Source: Octopus sinensis (Eukaryota). From it: a DNA stretch of 64,000 nt. The position numbers and the translations under genes were made by a program. Positions within the stretch are counted from its first letter, which is position 1; every line of letters begins with the position of its first letter. The DNA is taken from the NCBI RefSeq assembly GCF_006345805.1, contig NC_043016.1, positions 27,156,001 through 27,220,000 of the forward strand, written 5' to 3'. Shown here one piece after another: positions 25,201 through 37,350 of this stretch. The notes beneath the pieces are model-generated. The model was not told the origin of the DNA. It did not search any database and saw nothing but the letters and a program-made list of their open reading frames with translations.

Positions 25201-27819
25201 GGATTGAACCTGGGACCTTGTTGCAAAGCAAATTTCTGAACAGCTTAGCTGTACTCTCACTACAACATTAACCATCACCACACATATCATCATCATCATC
25301 ATTGTGCAATTAATGTCCACTTTGCCATGCTTGCATTGATCAGATAAAATTTTTGTCGAGGCAGATTTTCTATGAATGAATGCTCTTCCTGTCTACAACC
25401 CTTACCTGTTTCCAGGTAAGTTAATATTTCCCCATGACCAGATATGTCTTGGAAAATTGGAAACAAAAGCCACAGGTTGTGTGATGATACCTACATAACT
25501 CTTACATGTTGTTAGACAAGAAGAAAGCAATATGACAGGCTTCTTTCAATTTCTTATTTCTTTATTGCTCACAAGGGACTAAACATAGAAGGGACAAGCA
25601 AGGACAGACAAAGGGATTAAGTTGATTACATCGACCCCAGTACGTAACTGGTACTTATTTAATCAACTCCAAAAGGATGAAAGGCAAAGACGACTTCGAC
25701 GAAATTTGAACTCAGAATGTAATTGCAAACGAAATACCTATTTCTTTACTACCCACATGGGGCTAAACATAGAAGGGACAAACAAGGAGAGACAAACGGA
25801 TTAAGTTGATTATATCGACGCCAGTGCATAACTGGTACTTAATTTATCGAGCCTGAAAGGATGAAAGGCAAAGTCGACCTCGGCGGAATTTGAACTCAGA
25901 ACATAGCAGCAGATGAAATACCCCTAAGCATTTCGCCCGGCGTGCTAACATTTCTGCCAGCTTGTCGCCTTCTTTCAGTTTCTATCAATTAAATTCATTT
26001 ACAAGTCATTGGTCAGTCCAGGGCTATAGCAGACAATGCTTGCCCAAGATGCCATGGAGTGAGACTGAACCTGAGACCATGTGATTGGGAAGCAAACTTC
26101 TAATCACACAGCTACACCTGTGCTTACATATTAAATTAAATATAGACTTAAATTAAAAGTGTGTGCAACCAAACATAATGAAGTGAGCTAAAAAGAATTT
26201 GTAGTTACAAGAGTTTCACACAATGGAAAGGAAAGTCATTACTGTTAATGATGAATTTTGCCTAAAGACAGTTGAAATTGATAGAAAAATGAAATAGGAG
26301 ACATGCAGTGGTAAGTAGAACCTTGTGGTTGGGAAGCAAGCTTCTTACCACACGGTGTCTTAAACATTTTTTCCTTCTATGTGTTCTTAGAAAATTGTTA
26401 AAGAAGAAATACTGACACAAAATACAACTGGTAACATATTTTTATTAGGATACTGGAATTGAAACAAAGTTTTAAATTAATATTACTATACACATATCAT
26501 TCACATTTCAGATTTCACTTTCTTCAAGTTGTATAAATAATCCTTGTGTAATTAATAATCTCCACCCACCACCATTAAATGAAGTTCATCTCTGCTGAAG
26601 CAATGATATAGGTAATTTACTTTTAAATAAGAAAAGATCCATAGATAATAATAATAATAATAATAATAATATTAATGGTTTGAAATTTTGGCACAGGGCC
26701 AAAAGTTTATGAGGGGCTGGTGCTTATTTTATTGACCTCAGAAAGTAAAAAGAGATGAAATGCTGCTAAGCATTTTGTCTGGTGTGCTAATTATTCTGCC
26801 AGCTCACTGCCTTAAACACTTAATAATAATAATAATAATACTTTCTACTATAGGCACAAGGCCTGAAATTTTGTGGGAGGGGACTAGTTGATTACATCAA
26901 CTGCAGTACTCAACTGGTAATTAATTTATTGATCCTGAAAGTATGAAAAGCAAAATCGACCTTGGAAAAATTTGAACTCAGAACGTAGTGACTAATGAAA
27001 TGCTGCTAAGCATTTTACCTGCTATGCTAATGATTGTGCCAGTTCACCACCTTAATAATAATAATGGTTACAAGTTTTACCAAAAGGGCAGCAATTTTTG
27101 GAGGAGGGGATGAGTTGATTACATTGACCGCGGGGTTCAACAGCTGAAAGGATGAAAGGTAAAGTCAACCTTGGCAGAATCTTATTATTATTATTGTTTC
27201 TAGCAGAGGTACAAAGCCAGAAATTTTGGGTTGGGAGTGAGGATGATTAGTTGATGCAATTAACCCCAATACTTGACTGGTATCCTATTTTTATGGACCT
27301 CTGAAATTATGAAGGGCAAAATTGATCCCAGAATATAAAGATCTGGAAGAAATACTGCAATGTTTTTTTGTTTTTTTTTTGCAATGCTTTAGCAATTTTA
27401 CCAAGCCATAGCTCTAGAAATAATAATGGTTTCAAATTTTGGTAAAAGGCCAAGAAGTTTGGAGTATGGGGTAAGTCAATTACATTGACCTTAGTGCTCA
27501 ACTGGCACTGATTGACCCTGAAAGGATGAAAGGCGAAGTCAACCTTGGCAGAATAATAATAATCCTTTTTACTATAGACACAAGACCTTAAATTTGTGGG
27601 GAAGGGACTAGTCAATTACTTTGACCCCGATGTTCAACCGGTATTTAATTTATCGACCCCTAAAGGATGAAAAGTAAAGTTGACCTCAATAGGATTTGAA
27701 CTGAAACTGTAAAGAGCCAGAACAAAAATCACAAAGCATTCTTTTCCTCAATGTTCTTATGAATCTGCTAATCTGCTGTCCTAGTAATAATAATAATAAT
27801 AATAAAGTTTATAACAATG

Positions 27820-27991
27820 CAGTTCTATATTTGAGAGATGAGGAATTGTATACATTATTTACATTTGACAGGTATTTATCCTCATCTTATTTGTTTTTAA
27901 CACAATGTTTCGGCTGTATACTCTCCAGCCTTCTTCAGGTGTTCATTGAAAAATACTTAAGGATCGAGAACCCAGGTTTGAAATTTCCCCA
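27820..27991 (-). mobile_element. 172-bp non-autonomous HHR-bearing insert
   Basis: Flanked by a perfect 12-bp direct repeat TTTATAACAATG (27808-27819 and 27992-28003). Contains the minimal HHR. Confidence 0.7.
27900..27942 (-). ncRNA. Minimal (Penelope-type) hammerhead ribozyme, one core-adjacent substitution
   Basis: Minus strand reads ACAC-CUGAAGA-A-GGCUG-gagaguaua-CAGCC-GAAAC-AU-U-GUGU. Stems I and II are perfect. The loop-less stem III is ACAU where the palindromic ACGU is expected. Confidence 0.7.
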
Positions 27992-28960
27992 TTTATAACA
28001 ATGGTTCTAATTTTTAGAACAAAGCCAGCAAATTCTTAAGGAAAGGGGAAAGTCATTTACATTGATTCCAGTACATAACTAGCATCTTATCTCATTGACC
28101 ATAAAAGGATGAATGGCAAAGTTAATCTTGGCAACATTTGAACACAGAATGTAAAAAACCAGAGGGAATGCTTATTCCTTTACTACCCACAAGGAGCTAA
28201 ACACAGAGGAGACAAACAAGGACAGACAGACAGATTAAGTCGATTATATAGACCCCAGTGCGTAACTGGTACTTAATTTATCGACCCTGAAAGGATGAAA
28301 GGCAAAGTCGACCTCGGTGGAATTTGAACTCAGAACGTAACGGCAGACGAAATACGGCTACGCATTTCGCCCGGCGTGCTAACGTTTCTGCCAGCTCGCC
28401 GCTGCTATGCATTTTGTCTAACATGCTAACAATAAAAATAACTTAATGATAATAATAATAATCCTTTCTACTAAAGGCACAAGGCCTGAAATTCAGGGTA
28501 GGAGAATGGACTAGTCAATTACATCGACCTCAGTATTTCAATGGTACTTAATTTATTGACCCTGAAAGGATGAAAAACAAAGCCAACCTTGGTGGAATTT
28601 GAACTCGGGACATAAAGACAGATGAAATACTGCTAAGTGTTTTGCCTGGTGTGCTAATGATTCTGCCAGCTTGCCGCCTTAATAATAATAATAATAATAA
28701 TCCTTTCTACTAATAGGGACAAGGCCTGAAAATTTGTGGGAGAGGGTTGTTAATCACAAAGGTCCCAGGGCTCAACTCATTTTATTGACCCTCAAAGAAT
28801 GAAAGGCAAAGTTGACGTTTGCGGAGTTTGAACATAGAACATGAGGAGAAAGAAATGTAACTAAGCATTTTGTCCAGCATACTAATGATTCTGCTAGTCA
28901 CCTTAATAATAATAATAATAGAAAATTTTCAATAACAATGTTATATAATGTTATATAGTA

Positions 28961-29371
28961 GGTGCAGGAGTGGCTGTGTGGTAAGTAGCTTGCTTACTAA
29001 CCACATGGTTCCGGGTTCAGTCCCACTGCGTGGCACTTTGGGTAAGTGTCTTCCACTATAGCCTTGGACCGACCAAAGTTTGTGAATGGATTTGGTAGAC
29101 GGAAACTCAAAGAAGCCCGTCATATATATGTATATATATATATATGTGTGTGTATGTTTGTGTGTCTGGTTTGTTCCCCTAACATTGCTTGACAACTGAT
29201 GCTGGTGTGTTTACGTCCCCCGTCACTTAGCGGTTCAGTAAGGAGACCGATAGAATAAGTATTGGGATTACAAAGAATAAGTTCCGGGGTCGATTTGCTC
29301 GACTAAAGGCGGTGCTCCAGCATGGCTGCAGTCAAATGACTACAACTAGAAAAAGAGTAAAGAGTAGAGTA
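28961..29371 (+). mobile_element. SINE family A
   Basis: GGTGCAGGAGTGGCTGTGTGG...GGGTTCAGTCCC...AAAAGAGTA. Confidence 0.9.
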
Positions 29372-30125
29372 ATGTATTTACAGTACAGTAAACTGCTCCC
29401 AGATACACAAAATGTAACTTCAGATTTTTAATCATCTTTTTCTTTCTTTTTACCTATTTAACAAATGAAAATCCAGTGAAAGTTTATAGTTCTAAAGTTA
29501 CAAATGATGGATATATTTTTGTTGTATTTTCTTTCTTTTTTTATTTTTTATTTGTTGTTGTTTCTTGGTATTTTTTCTAAATTTCTTGATAATTTTCTCA
29601 ACCAGAGACATTCAGGGCTTTTCCAGTGGGCTGAAAAAATAGAAAAGAAAAAAAAAAAAAAGTAAACAGATTTATTATTCTACATTTGCAAGTGAAAGAA
29701 AAGTTTTACTGAACTGATGTGCAAATGGTTTGTTGCAGTTCAGATAAATTATAAGCAATCATCACAATCATCTTTGTTGTTGTTTTCATGTCCACTAAAT
29801 GTTAAAATAACTGTGTGGTTCAGAAGCTTGCTTCCCAACCATGTGGATTTTGGTTCAGTCCTAAACACATGGTTGGGAAAAGTATTTTCTATTGTTATAA
29901 ACCCATACTCAAATATCAAAGTTTAAAAGGCTTCATGTACAGTCTCTCCAGAGTTTGAATTGCTTCTGTGTAATTCCCACATTCACTTATGAGTTTGTAA
30001 ATGTCTTTATCTATTTGTACTATTAAACACCTAAGTTTGCTTTCATCCGTGATAAGCAGTTCAGCAATATTTCCATTCTTTTGAAGCTTAACTCGAACTT
30101 GGATCAGTGGTGAACAAATTTGGTT

Positions 30126-30167
30126 TTATAAATTTGCTGTCCATTCTCTCTCTCTCTCTCTAGCTGG
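30126..30167 (-). CDS. TRAPPC11: TRAPPC11 putative terminal coding exon (PAREREREWTANL*)
   Basis: Phase-0 exon starting with Pro, as the human last segment does (K|PQGR...), after aaatatAG. Short ORF to TAA. The acceptor is weak and the match is essentially one residue, so this is tentative. Confidence 0.4.
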   Translation of the reverse strand, partial: PAREREREWTANL

Positions 30168-32201
30168 CTATATTTAGTCAATTAAATTGTTATAAACCCA
30201 AACTCGAATATCAAAGTTTAAAAGGTTTCACGTACTAAAGCTTTGTAAGTTGATGGAATCGTGTAGAAGCATTGTGTGTGTTCCCTTTTTTTTCCCCTTT
30301 TACTTGCTTCAGTCATTAAACTGCAGCCCATTCTGGAGCACCACATTGAATTTTTAGTTGAATGAACTGACCCCAAGATTTCTTTATTGGTACTTATTTT
30401 ATCAGTGTCTATGCTGAACCATCAAGTGATGGGGACATAAACACATACACATGATGGGCTTCTTTCTGTTTCCATCTGTGAAATCCACTCACAAGGCTTT
30501 GGTTGGCTTCAGGTTATAGTAGAAGACTCTTACACATGTGAATGGGAAGCTAACTTCTTACCACAACAGCCACACCTGCGTCAGTTACATATATATATAT
30601 ATATTTGTATCTATTTATGCATGTGTAATCTTGTCTACATCATGTGACAGTTATAAACAAACATACCAACATACAAGTAATATTGTTTATTTCTGGTCTT
30701 CCATAAAAGCATGTTAGCCATGGGGAAATTTTACCTTGCCTGGAAATAGGTGAAGGTTGGCAAGAGGAAAGGCATCCAGCTATAGAAAATCTGCCTCAAC
30801 AAATTTCATCTGAACCATGTAAGCATGGAAAAGTTGATGTTAAATGATGACATGAATGACGATCATATTTCATGCTCGCAAGAGTGAAACAAAATTTATT
30901 GAAGTACATTTTTCTACAGCTGGATGCCCTTCTGGTTGCTAACCCTCACCTGTTTCCAATCAAGGTAATATTACCCCAAGTCATTTAAACATGAACAGTA
31001 CAAAGCCAAACATGCTTTCATGGTAGACTGCTAATGAATGGCATCACTTCCATGATAGTGATGTTTGTTGAAAACTATTCAATGATGTCAAGTTAAGCCC
31101 ATACACATACAATAAACTGTCAGCTTCCATCTACCAATACATACACATATATATACAAATAAGAAAATGGAGGAACAAATTCATTTCGATCATCAACTTA
31201 CAGATATTAGAATTTCATATTATTTATTAATTATATAAATAGGAACATGAAAATCGAACAAAACAATATACATCAATATGCAAATTAATAATACAATAAA
31301 AATAATGCAAATAAACTGCTCCTTACAGCTGATATCCCATAGTGGGTTACCCTTATAACCCCTATCTTACTTTGTACTATATATATATATTATGACCAGC
31401 ATTGTTATTACATCTGCCTTTTCCATACAGGCATACACTGGGATCTGGGATGAGAATTTACTCGCCTTTGTTCAAGGTGTCATACATTGAGGTCACACAC
31501 ACACACATATTGTGTTACTGGTTCTAGTCATTCGACTCCTAGTGTACTATTTTTAAGGGTTTTAGTTAAATACATTGACTAGTATTATATCTGATACTTC
31601 TTTCATCGTTTGTTCAAGACAAAATGCAAAGTGGACTATTGGCACAAGGGAGTTAATTCCATTGGCCATTATTTGCTATCTGGTATAACTGTTTGAAAGT
31701 TCTGAATTACTCTTCATACAGACTATATATAAATATATATATCATCTAACGTCTGTTGTCCATGCTGGCATGAGTTAATGCACAGAAAACAAAAGACAGA
31801 GACAGGTGAGAGAACAACAATCAGGTGTATTAGTTTGATGCTCGGGGAAAAATGGAAAAGTCTTTGATGTTTGGAGTCAATGCTCTTCAACAGAAAGGGA
31901 TCAGAAGGAAAAAAAATAGTGAGAGAAAAAAAAAACATGTCTGGATTAATGGTTTCAAAATACACTGTTATGCATCCAGTAAAACATATGTACATAATTA
32001 TGTTTGCATTCAGTAAAAAATATGAGCAAACACATGTGGGGCTCCTTTGTTTTATAGTCACTACTCTTTGCATAAAAACAAGTTGAGAAAGGAGGCCTGC
32101 AAAACACAAGGTACCCACATAGATATGTTTTATCTGTACTACTTAACCAATGCATAAACATTACTCTGTATTGAATTACATAATTTGTTTTTGATATTAT
32201 T

Positions 32202-32245
<44 letters not shown>

Positions 32246-32400
32246 GTGTGTATATATAAAATTATCATTATCACCATTGTTTCAATTACAACTTTTTCAT
32301 GCTTGCATGGGTTTGCTTGAATTTGTCTTGATGTCCAATGTAAAAAAAAAATCCTTTTAAAGACCTATAACAATCATTGAAATGAAATTAAGAGATTTAC

Positions 32401-32586
32401 CTTAATAAATATATGAGAAGGTATTAGCTTCTGTAGTACTTCATCCATACTGTCTCCGGCAGCCGTACCACCACCTCCTTGACTTAGGTTTAAATGAAGT
32501 TTAGGAAGGCTCACATGACCAGGAATTAACGGAAACAAGTTATAAGTCAACTGATACTGACCAATAGGAGGGATACGAAAATGTAT
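32401..32586 (-). CDS. TRAPPC11: TRAPPC11 penultimate coding exon
   Basis: IHFRIPPIGQYQLTYNLFPLIPGHVSLPKLHLNLSQGGGGTAAGDSMDEVLQKLIPSHIFIK matches human IRLRILPG...YNFYPLMAGYQQLPSL...FIPTSIFVK. 186 nt, AG/GT bounded. Confidence 0.93.
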
Positions 32587-33194
32587 CTGAAATATTAAAA
32601 AAATAAAAACAAAAATGTAGTTAAAAAGTAATAAAAATTACAAGCATGCATTTAATGCATACCACATCAACCATTCTGATAAAAAAAAAATTAAAAGAAA
32701 TATTTGAACCAATATTAACTAAAATGTTAACTTATGAAATTAGAAACTTACTCTCAACTCATGTGGCCAATTTTTAAATGTATTTGGTGTTACTAAACTA
32801 CTATAATCTCAAATATCTACAATAACTACCAATACTAACTACTGCAGCCATTCAAATTATTATAGTAGTCAATGTCATAGCCACCAATACTAAGAATTAT
32901 AGCCACTACAAATAGTAGCTAATATACAAATATATAATAGTCATTAAAAAAAAGTATAATAGTTATCAATAATAACCATAGTTACCAATGAGTGAGCTTG
33001 TATGTAGTCACCTGCTTTATTAGAAACCCTGATCTGCCTGAAACTGCCATTGATTTTAAACTGGTCTAAATTAAAATCTTCCATGAAAATTTCATGTTAA
33101 TTTATGTTCCAAACACTAACTTTATAATCAGTTATTGTAATAAATTCTTCATTGCTCCCAAAATACATTGAAATAAAGGTAGTGTATTTCAATA

Positions 33195-33555
33195 TAGGGT
33201 AAAGGGTAAAAATCCCCATTGGTCATGAATGATCATGGGATTGCACCTAGAAAGTTCCCCTCTAAGGCACAAAGTCCAGATTGTAAGTAAGATTGTTTAT
33301 GGAATACCAGCAGTTGCCCATGCATACCAGCCTTTCCTCTCCACGCCACTGATGTTATCCAAGGGAAAGGCAAAGGCCGATACAAATTGGCACCAGTGAT
33401 GTTGCAACTCATTTCTACAGCTGCGTGAACTGGAGCAATGTGAATTAAAGTGTTTTGCTCAAGAATACAACACACAACACAGCCCAGTTCAGCAACTGAA
33501 CTCACTACCTCATGATCGTGAGCCTGATGCTCTAACCACTGAGCCATGCGCCTTC
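33195..33555 (-). mobile_element. tRNA-derived SINE family C
   Basis: AGGCGCATGGCTCAGTGGTTAGAGC A-box, GAGTTC B-box region, CTTGAGCAAAACACTT core. Related copies at about 35872-36140(+) and 16000-16520(+, interrupted). Confidence 0.75.
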
Positions 33556-34197
33556 ACATTTTTTTTTTATTTGAACATAAATATCGTATCAAAAGGATTA
33601 ACTCTAACTCCAATAAAAAAAAAGAAAAAAGAAGCATGCATTAATTATTGTAGTCTGATATATTCCTAAAATAATGATAGCTATAACATAAATGTTTCTG
33701 ATGATAAGCTTGTTCAACCAAGATTAATCTGGAACTAAACAAAACAGCAAAAACACTATAACAGTTAGCAAATACCAATTAGTATATCTATAAACACTGT
33801 TATAGCTGCCAATAACCACTGAATATAACCATCGATAATTACTATAACATCTATCATAGCCATTCATCTACAAGAAATAGCTGTTGAAAGTTCCTTAAAT
33901 TACATTCTTCTTTTCAATCATTTTTTAATCATGAATAACAATTGCTAAAAAAAAAAATGTGAACTTGCTAGCTTTAGCAGTTTCTGATATGTTACAATGG
34001 ACACTTAAGTAAAATGTTGTAGCACTGCAAGCTTAAACATATTTGCTGTTATGTGATTCAAACCACTGGTTGTGTGAGCTGTAGTATAAAAGGTTCATAT
34101 CACTAGGTGAAGCAAACTCTCAGACCAACTTTGTTTCTTTTTTGGAAGGGGTTTATGGATAATAATAAAAAAAAGGTCAATTGTTTGCATAACATAC

Positions 34198-34432
34198 CTG
34201 TTTATTTCCTGAGAACATAAAGCTGTCACTAGGTTCCATGACGGCTTCTAATTCTTGCATTAAAGAAGTTTTGTTATGGATTTCATAAATCAAAGGGAGC
34301 AAAGTTTTTACACTACCAAAAGCTGGTAAATGGAGGCCAACAGATATCGGAATGCATTCAATGTTCAAAGTTGGTAGTGGAAAGACTGTGCTTACATATG
34401 GACTCAACATACCATCATCATTTTCAGTTTTC
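34198..34432 (-). CDS. TRAPPC11: TRAPPC11 coding exon
   Basis: KTENDDGMLSPYVSTVFPLPTLNIECIPISVGLHLPAFGSVKTLLPLIYEIHNKTSLMQELEAVMEPSDSFMFSGNKQ matches human LPHVIVENIPL...LPSFG...[27 protein letters not shown]. Confidence 0.95.
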
Positions 34433-35074
34433 CTACAAATGATAACAAAAGAAAAGATTGATAACGTAAAGGACTTAATATACTTATGTTTTTAAAGTCA
34501 CTTAAATTACTATAAATTTCTAATAAACTTCAAACTTATCAATTAAAATAAAAAGCTTAAAACATTCAATGTAGAAAAGAGTAAGACAAATAAGAAAATA
34601 GATTGTTTCTAATTTTGGCACAAGATATCATCAACAACATCATTTAACATCCCATTTTCCATGCTGTCATGGGTTGGATGGTTCAACATGAACTCATGAA
34701 CCAAATATCTATGCTGAGTTCCAATGTCAGTACTAGAACGGCTTCTACATCTCAATGCTCTTTCTAACATCAACCGCTTTATAGATTGTACTGGGTGCTT
34801 TTTTTTTCAAGGTACCAGCACTAGTGAGGCTACCAAGTAACTTGCAAGACAAGACCCCTCAGCTGAGTGGTGGTGGTGGTGGTAAGTAGTATTGATTGAT
34901 ATGAAAGTATGATAGAGACACAGGAACAGGTGTTTTAACAGAATATAAAATTAGAGATAAATACTATTCTAATAGTAGAAGATTACAAGAATATTGTATC
35001 AGCAAGAATGTTCATTTTGGCAATGGTTATATGCAAAAAAATTTAATTTTTCTTAAAATTGTTTTCTGCTATAA

Positions 35075-35282
35075 CCTTTTACTTGTTTCAGTCATTTGAC
35101 TGCGGTCATGCTGGAGTACCACCTTTAGTTGAGCAAATCAACCCTAGGACTTATTCTTTGGAAGGCTAGTACTTATTTGATCGATCTCTTTTGCCGAACT
35201 GCTAAGTTATGGGGGCATAAACACACCACCATCAGTTGTCAGCGATGTTGGGGAGACAATCATAGACACAAACATATACACA

Positions 35283-35313
<31 letters not shown>

Positions 35314-35498
35314 CATATATTTGTATACATATACATATATACGAAGGGCTTCTTTCAGTTTCCATCTACAAAATCCATTCACAAGGCTTTGGTCGGCCAG
35401 AGATTATAGTAGAAGACACTTGCCCAAGGTTCCATGAGTGGAACTGAACCCAAAACCATGTGGTTGGTAAGCAAGCTACTTATCACACAGCCACTCCA
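35075..35498 (-). mobile_element. SINE family A
   Basis: Colinear with the family. Confidence 0.88.
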
Positions 35499-36380
35499 CA
35501 GGAATTTTTAAAACATATTTTCTGTAATTTTATTAACTAGCTTTAATATGTTAATATGTTTCAACATATCTGACCTGTAAAAAAGTAGCAAAATCATTTC
35601 AGAACAAAAGTTAGAATTTTTCTCCTTAGCAAACCACAGTGAAAATGTCCTTTTTATATGTTAAATATGTCCCAAACATATTTGAACTGATTTGAAAGTT
35701 TGTTTATTTCATAGCACAACATGTGCCAACCAAATATTTTATTCCAGCCACCAGACTGCAGCACAATGTGAGTATGCAATTTCTATTGATCTCTTATAAG
35801 AAAGTTAAAGTTTTCAGACATTTTGGAGTTCTCCATCTTGGTATCTAATTCTAACAGCCTGAGTATGAAGGCACATGGCTTCATAGTTAGGGTATTTTGG
35901 CTTGCAATCATAAGGTCGTGAATTTGATTCCATGCAACATGCTGTGTCCTTGAGCAAGACACATTATATCACTTTATTGCTCCAGATCACATTCTGTGTC
36001 ACACTGACTCTCCCCAAGAACTACATTAAGGGTATGCATGTCTGTGGAGTGCTCAGCCTCTTGCTCATTAATTTCATGAGTAGGTTGCTTGGATCCACTG
36101 GAGCCCTTGTCATTGTAACTGATGGAGTGCCAGGTTGAAATGCATGTATTAGTCTATAGGGACTGCTCTGAAATGAGTGGTGTTTTGCACCTTTTGCTTA
36201 AAGTGTGAATCTTTCTCCATGACATACCACAGAGAAAATGAGCTTTTTACAGGTCAAATATGTCCCAAACTGAACATAAAGTTTGTTTAAAAAAAATCAT
36301 AATGGCGGTGCCCCAGCATGGCCACAGCTCGTGAGCTGAAACTAGATAAAACAAAAAAGAAACAAAAAAGATTTACATAC

Positions 36381-36486
36381 CGCCTCCAATGTAACTTATA
36401 TGAGCCTAAGGGAACAGTCGAAGGTGTTTTAACAGCTATTTGTAAGCAAATACATTCAGTTGCGCATTCGTTTCGGGCAATTACCA
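36381..36486 (-). CDS. TRAPPC11: TRAPPC11 coding exon
   Basis: VIARNECATECICLQIAVKTPSTVPLGSYKLHWR(R) aligns to human ILQTGESASECFCLQ...TGHYIISWKR. Acceptor ttctacttaccAG, donor GTATGT. Confidence 0.9.
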
Positions 36487-36923
36487 CTGGTAAGTAGAAG
36501 AAATATAAAGAGAAAAACAAAAATAAGATTAAAACTGAAAATAACTAAAAACAGCTTCTTTTAAAAATATTTTATGATTAATAAAAGAAATGTAATTGAA
36601 TTTGAATAGAATGCAAAAACAAGATGGAATATAGTAAATTATATTAATGCGACCATAACATTATATGTCAAAACATGCCATTTAACTTCTTGTATCAGCA
36701 TGCTTAACACTGGGGAAATAAATACAAAATAAAAAAAATTAAAATTAAAACTGCAACTTGAGCTTGAATTAAAATTCTTTAAAAGCTAATTATTTTTTTT
36801 TTTATCATTGAATTTCAGTTTGAAGGTGAATTTAGAATATTTTACAAGTTTCACATAGTAGTTTATGACACATGTTTCATTTTTGAAATTTCAAACTGTA
36901 AAAAAATTATCTTACAATGAAGT

Positions 36924-37250
36924 TTAACCCTTTAGCATTCATATTAATTTGACAAAAATAATCCTTATTTATTCACATTTAAAAAATTTATCTGATATTA
37001 TTTTGTAGCTTCAAGATAGGAAAGATATAATTGCTTATTTTTAGAATGACATTGCAGGGTAGGTGTGAGATGCTGGTTCTGGCCAGTTTGAGCATAAAAT
37101 GTGTAGAATATTTGGGCCGGATACAGCTGGTTTAAACACTAAAGGGTTAAACCAGCCATATCTAGCCCAAATACTCTACCAGCTTTATGTTCGAACTAGC
37201 CAGATCCAATCTCTCACACCTACCCTATGCTGTCATTCTAAAAATGAAAC
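36924..37250. mobile_element. piggyBac-like TTAA MITE family 1: full copy (36924-37150, -) plus adjacent partial copy (+) running into the gap
   Basis: TTAACCCTTTAGCATT...CACTAAAGGGTTAA, then a second copy sharing the TTAA. Confidence 0.8.
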
Positions 37251-37350
37251 NNNNNNNNNNNNNNNNNNNNNNNNNNNNNNNNNNNNNNNNNNNNNNNNNN
37301 NNNNNNNNNNNNNNNNNNNNNNNNNNNNNNNNNNNNNNNNNNNNNNNNNN
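37251..37350. other. Assembly gap (100 N, true size unknown)
   Basis: Run of exactly 100 N. The left side ends inside a MITE and the right side starts inside a LINE RT region. Confidence 0.99.

Larger units (their letters stand above)
25555..28905 (-). mobile_element. Cluster of about 12 tRNA-derived SINE family B copies
   Basis: Repeated body GGCGGCGAGCTGGCAGAA..GAGTTCAAATTCC..CTTTCATCCTTTC.GGGTCGATAAATTAAGTACCAG, all on -, mostly separated by (AAT)n. Youngest copy 28172-28402. Confidence 0.88.

Noticed and set aside
28961-29035. tRNA genes (A/B boxes at many SINE heads)
   Set aside because: No cloverleaf, and each continues into a SINE body.
10055-30125. A third protein gene between SIPA1L and TRAPPC11
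   Set aside because: No spliceable exon with recognisable homology was found by eye. All listed ORFs map to repeats or low-complexity DNA. A small exon or lncRNA cannot be excluded.
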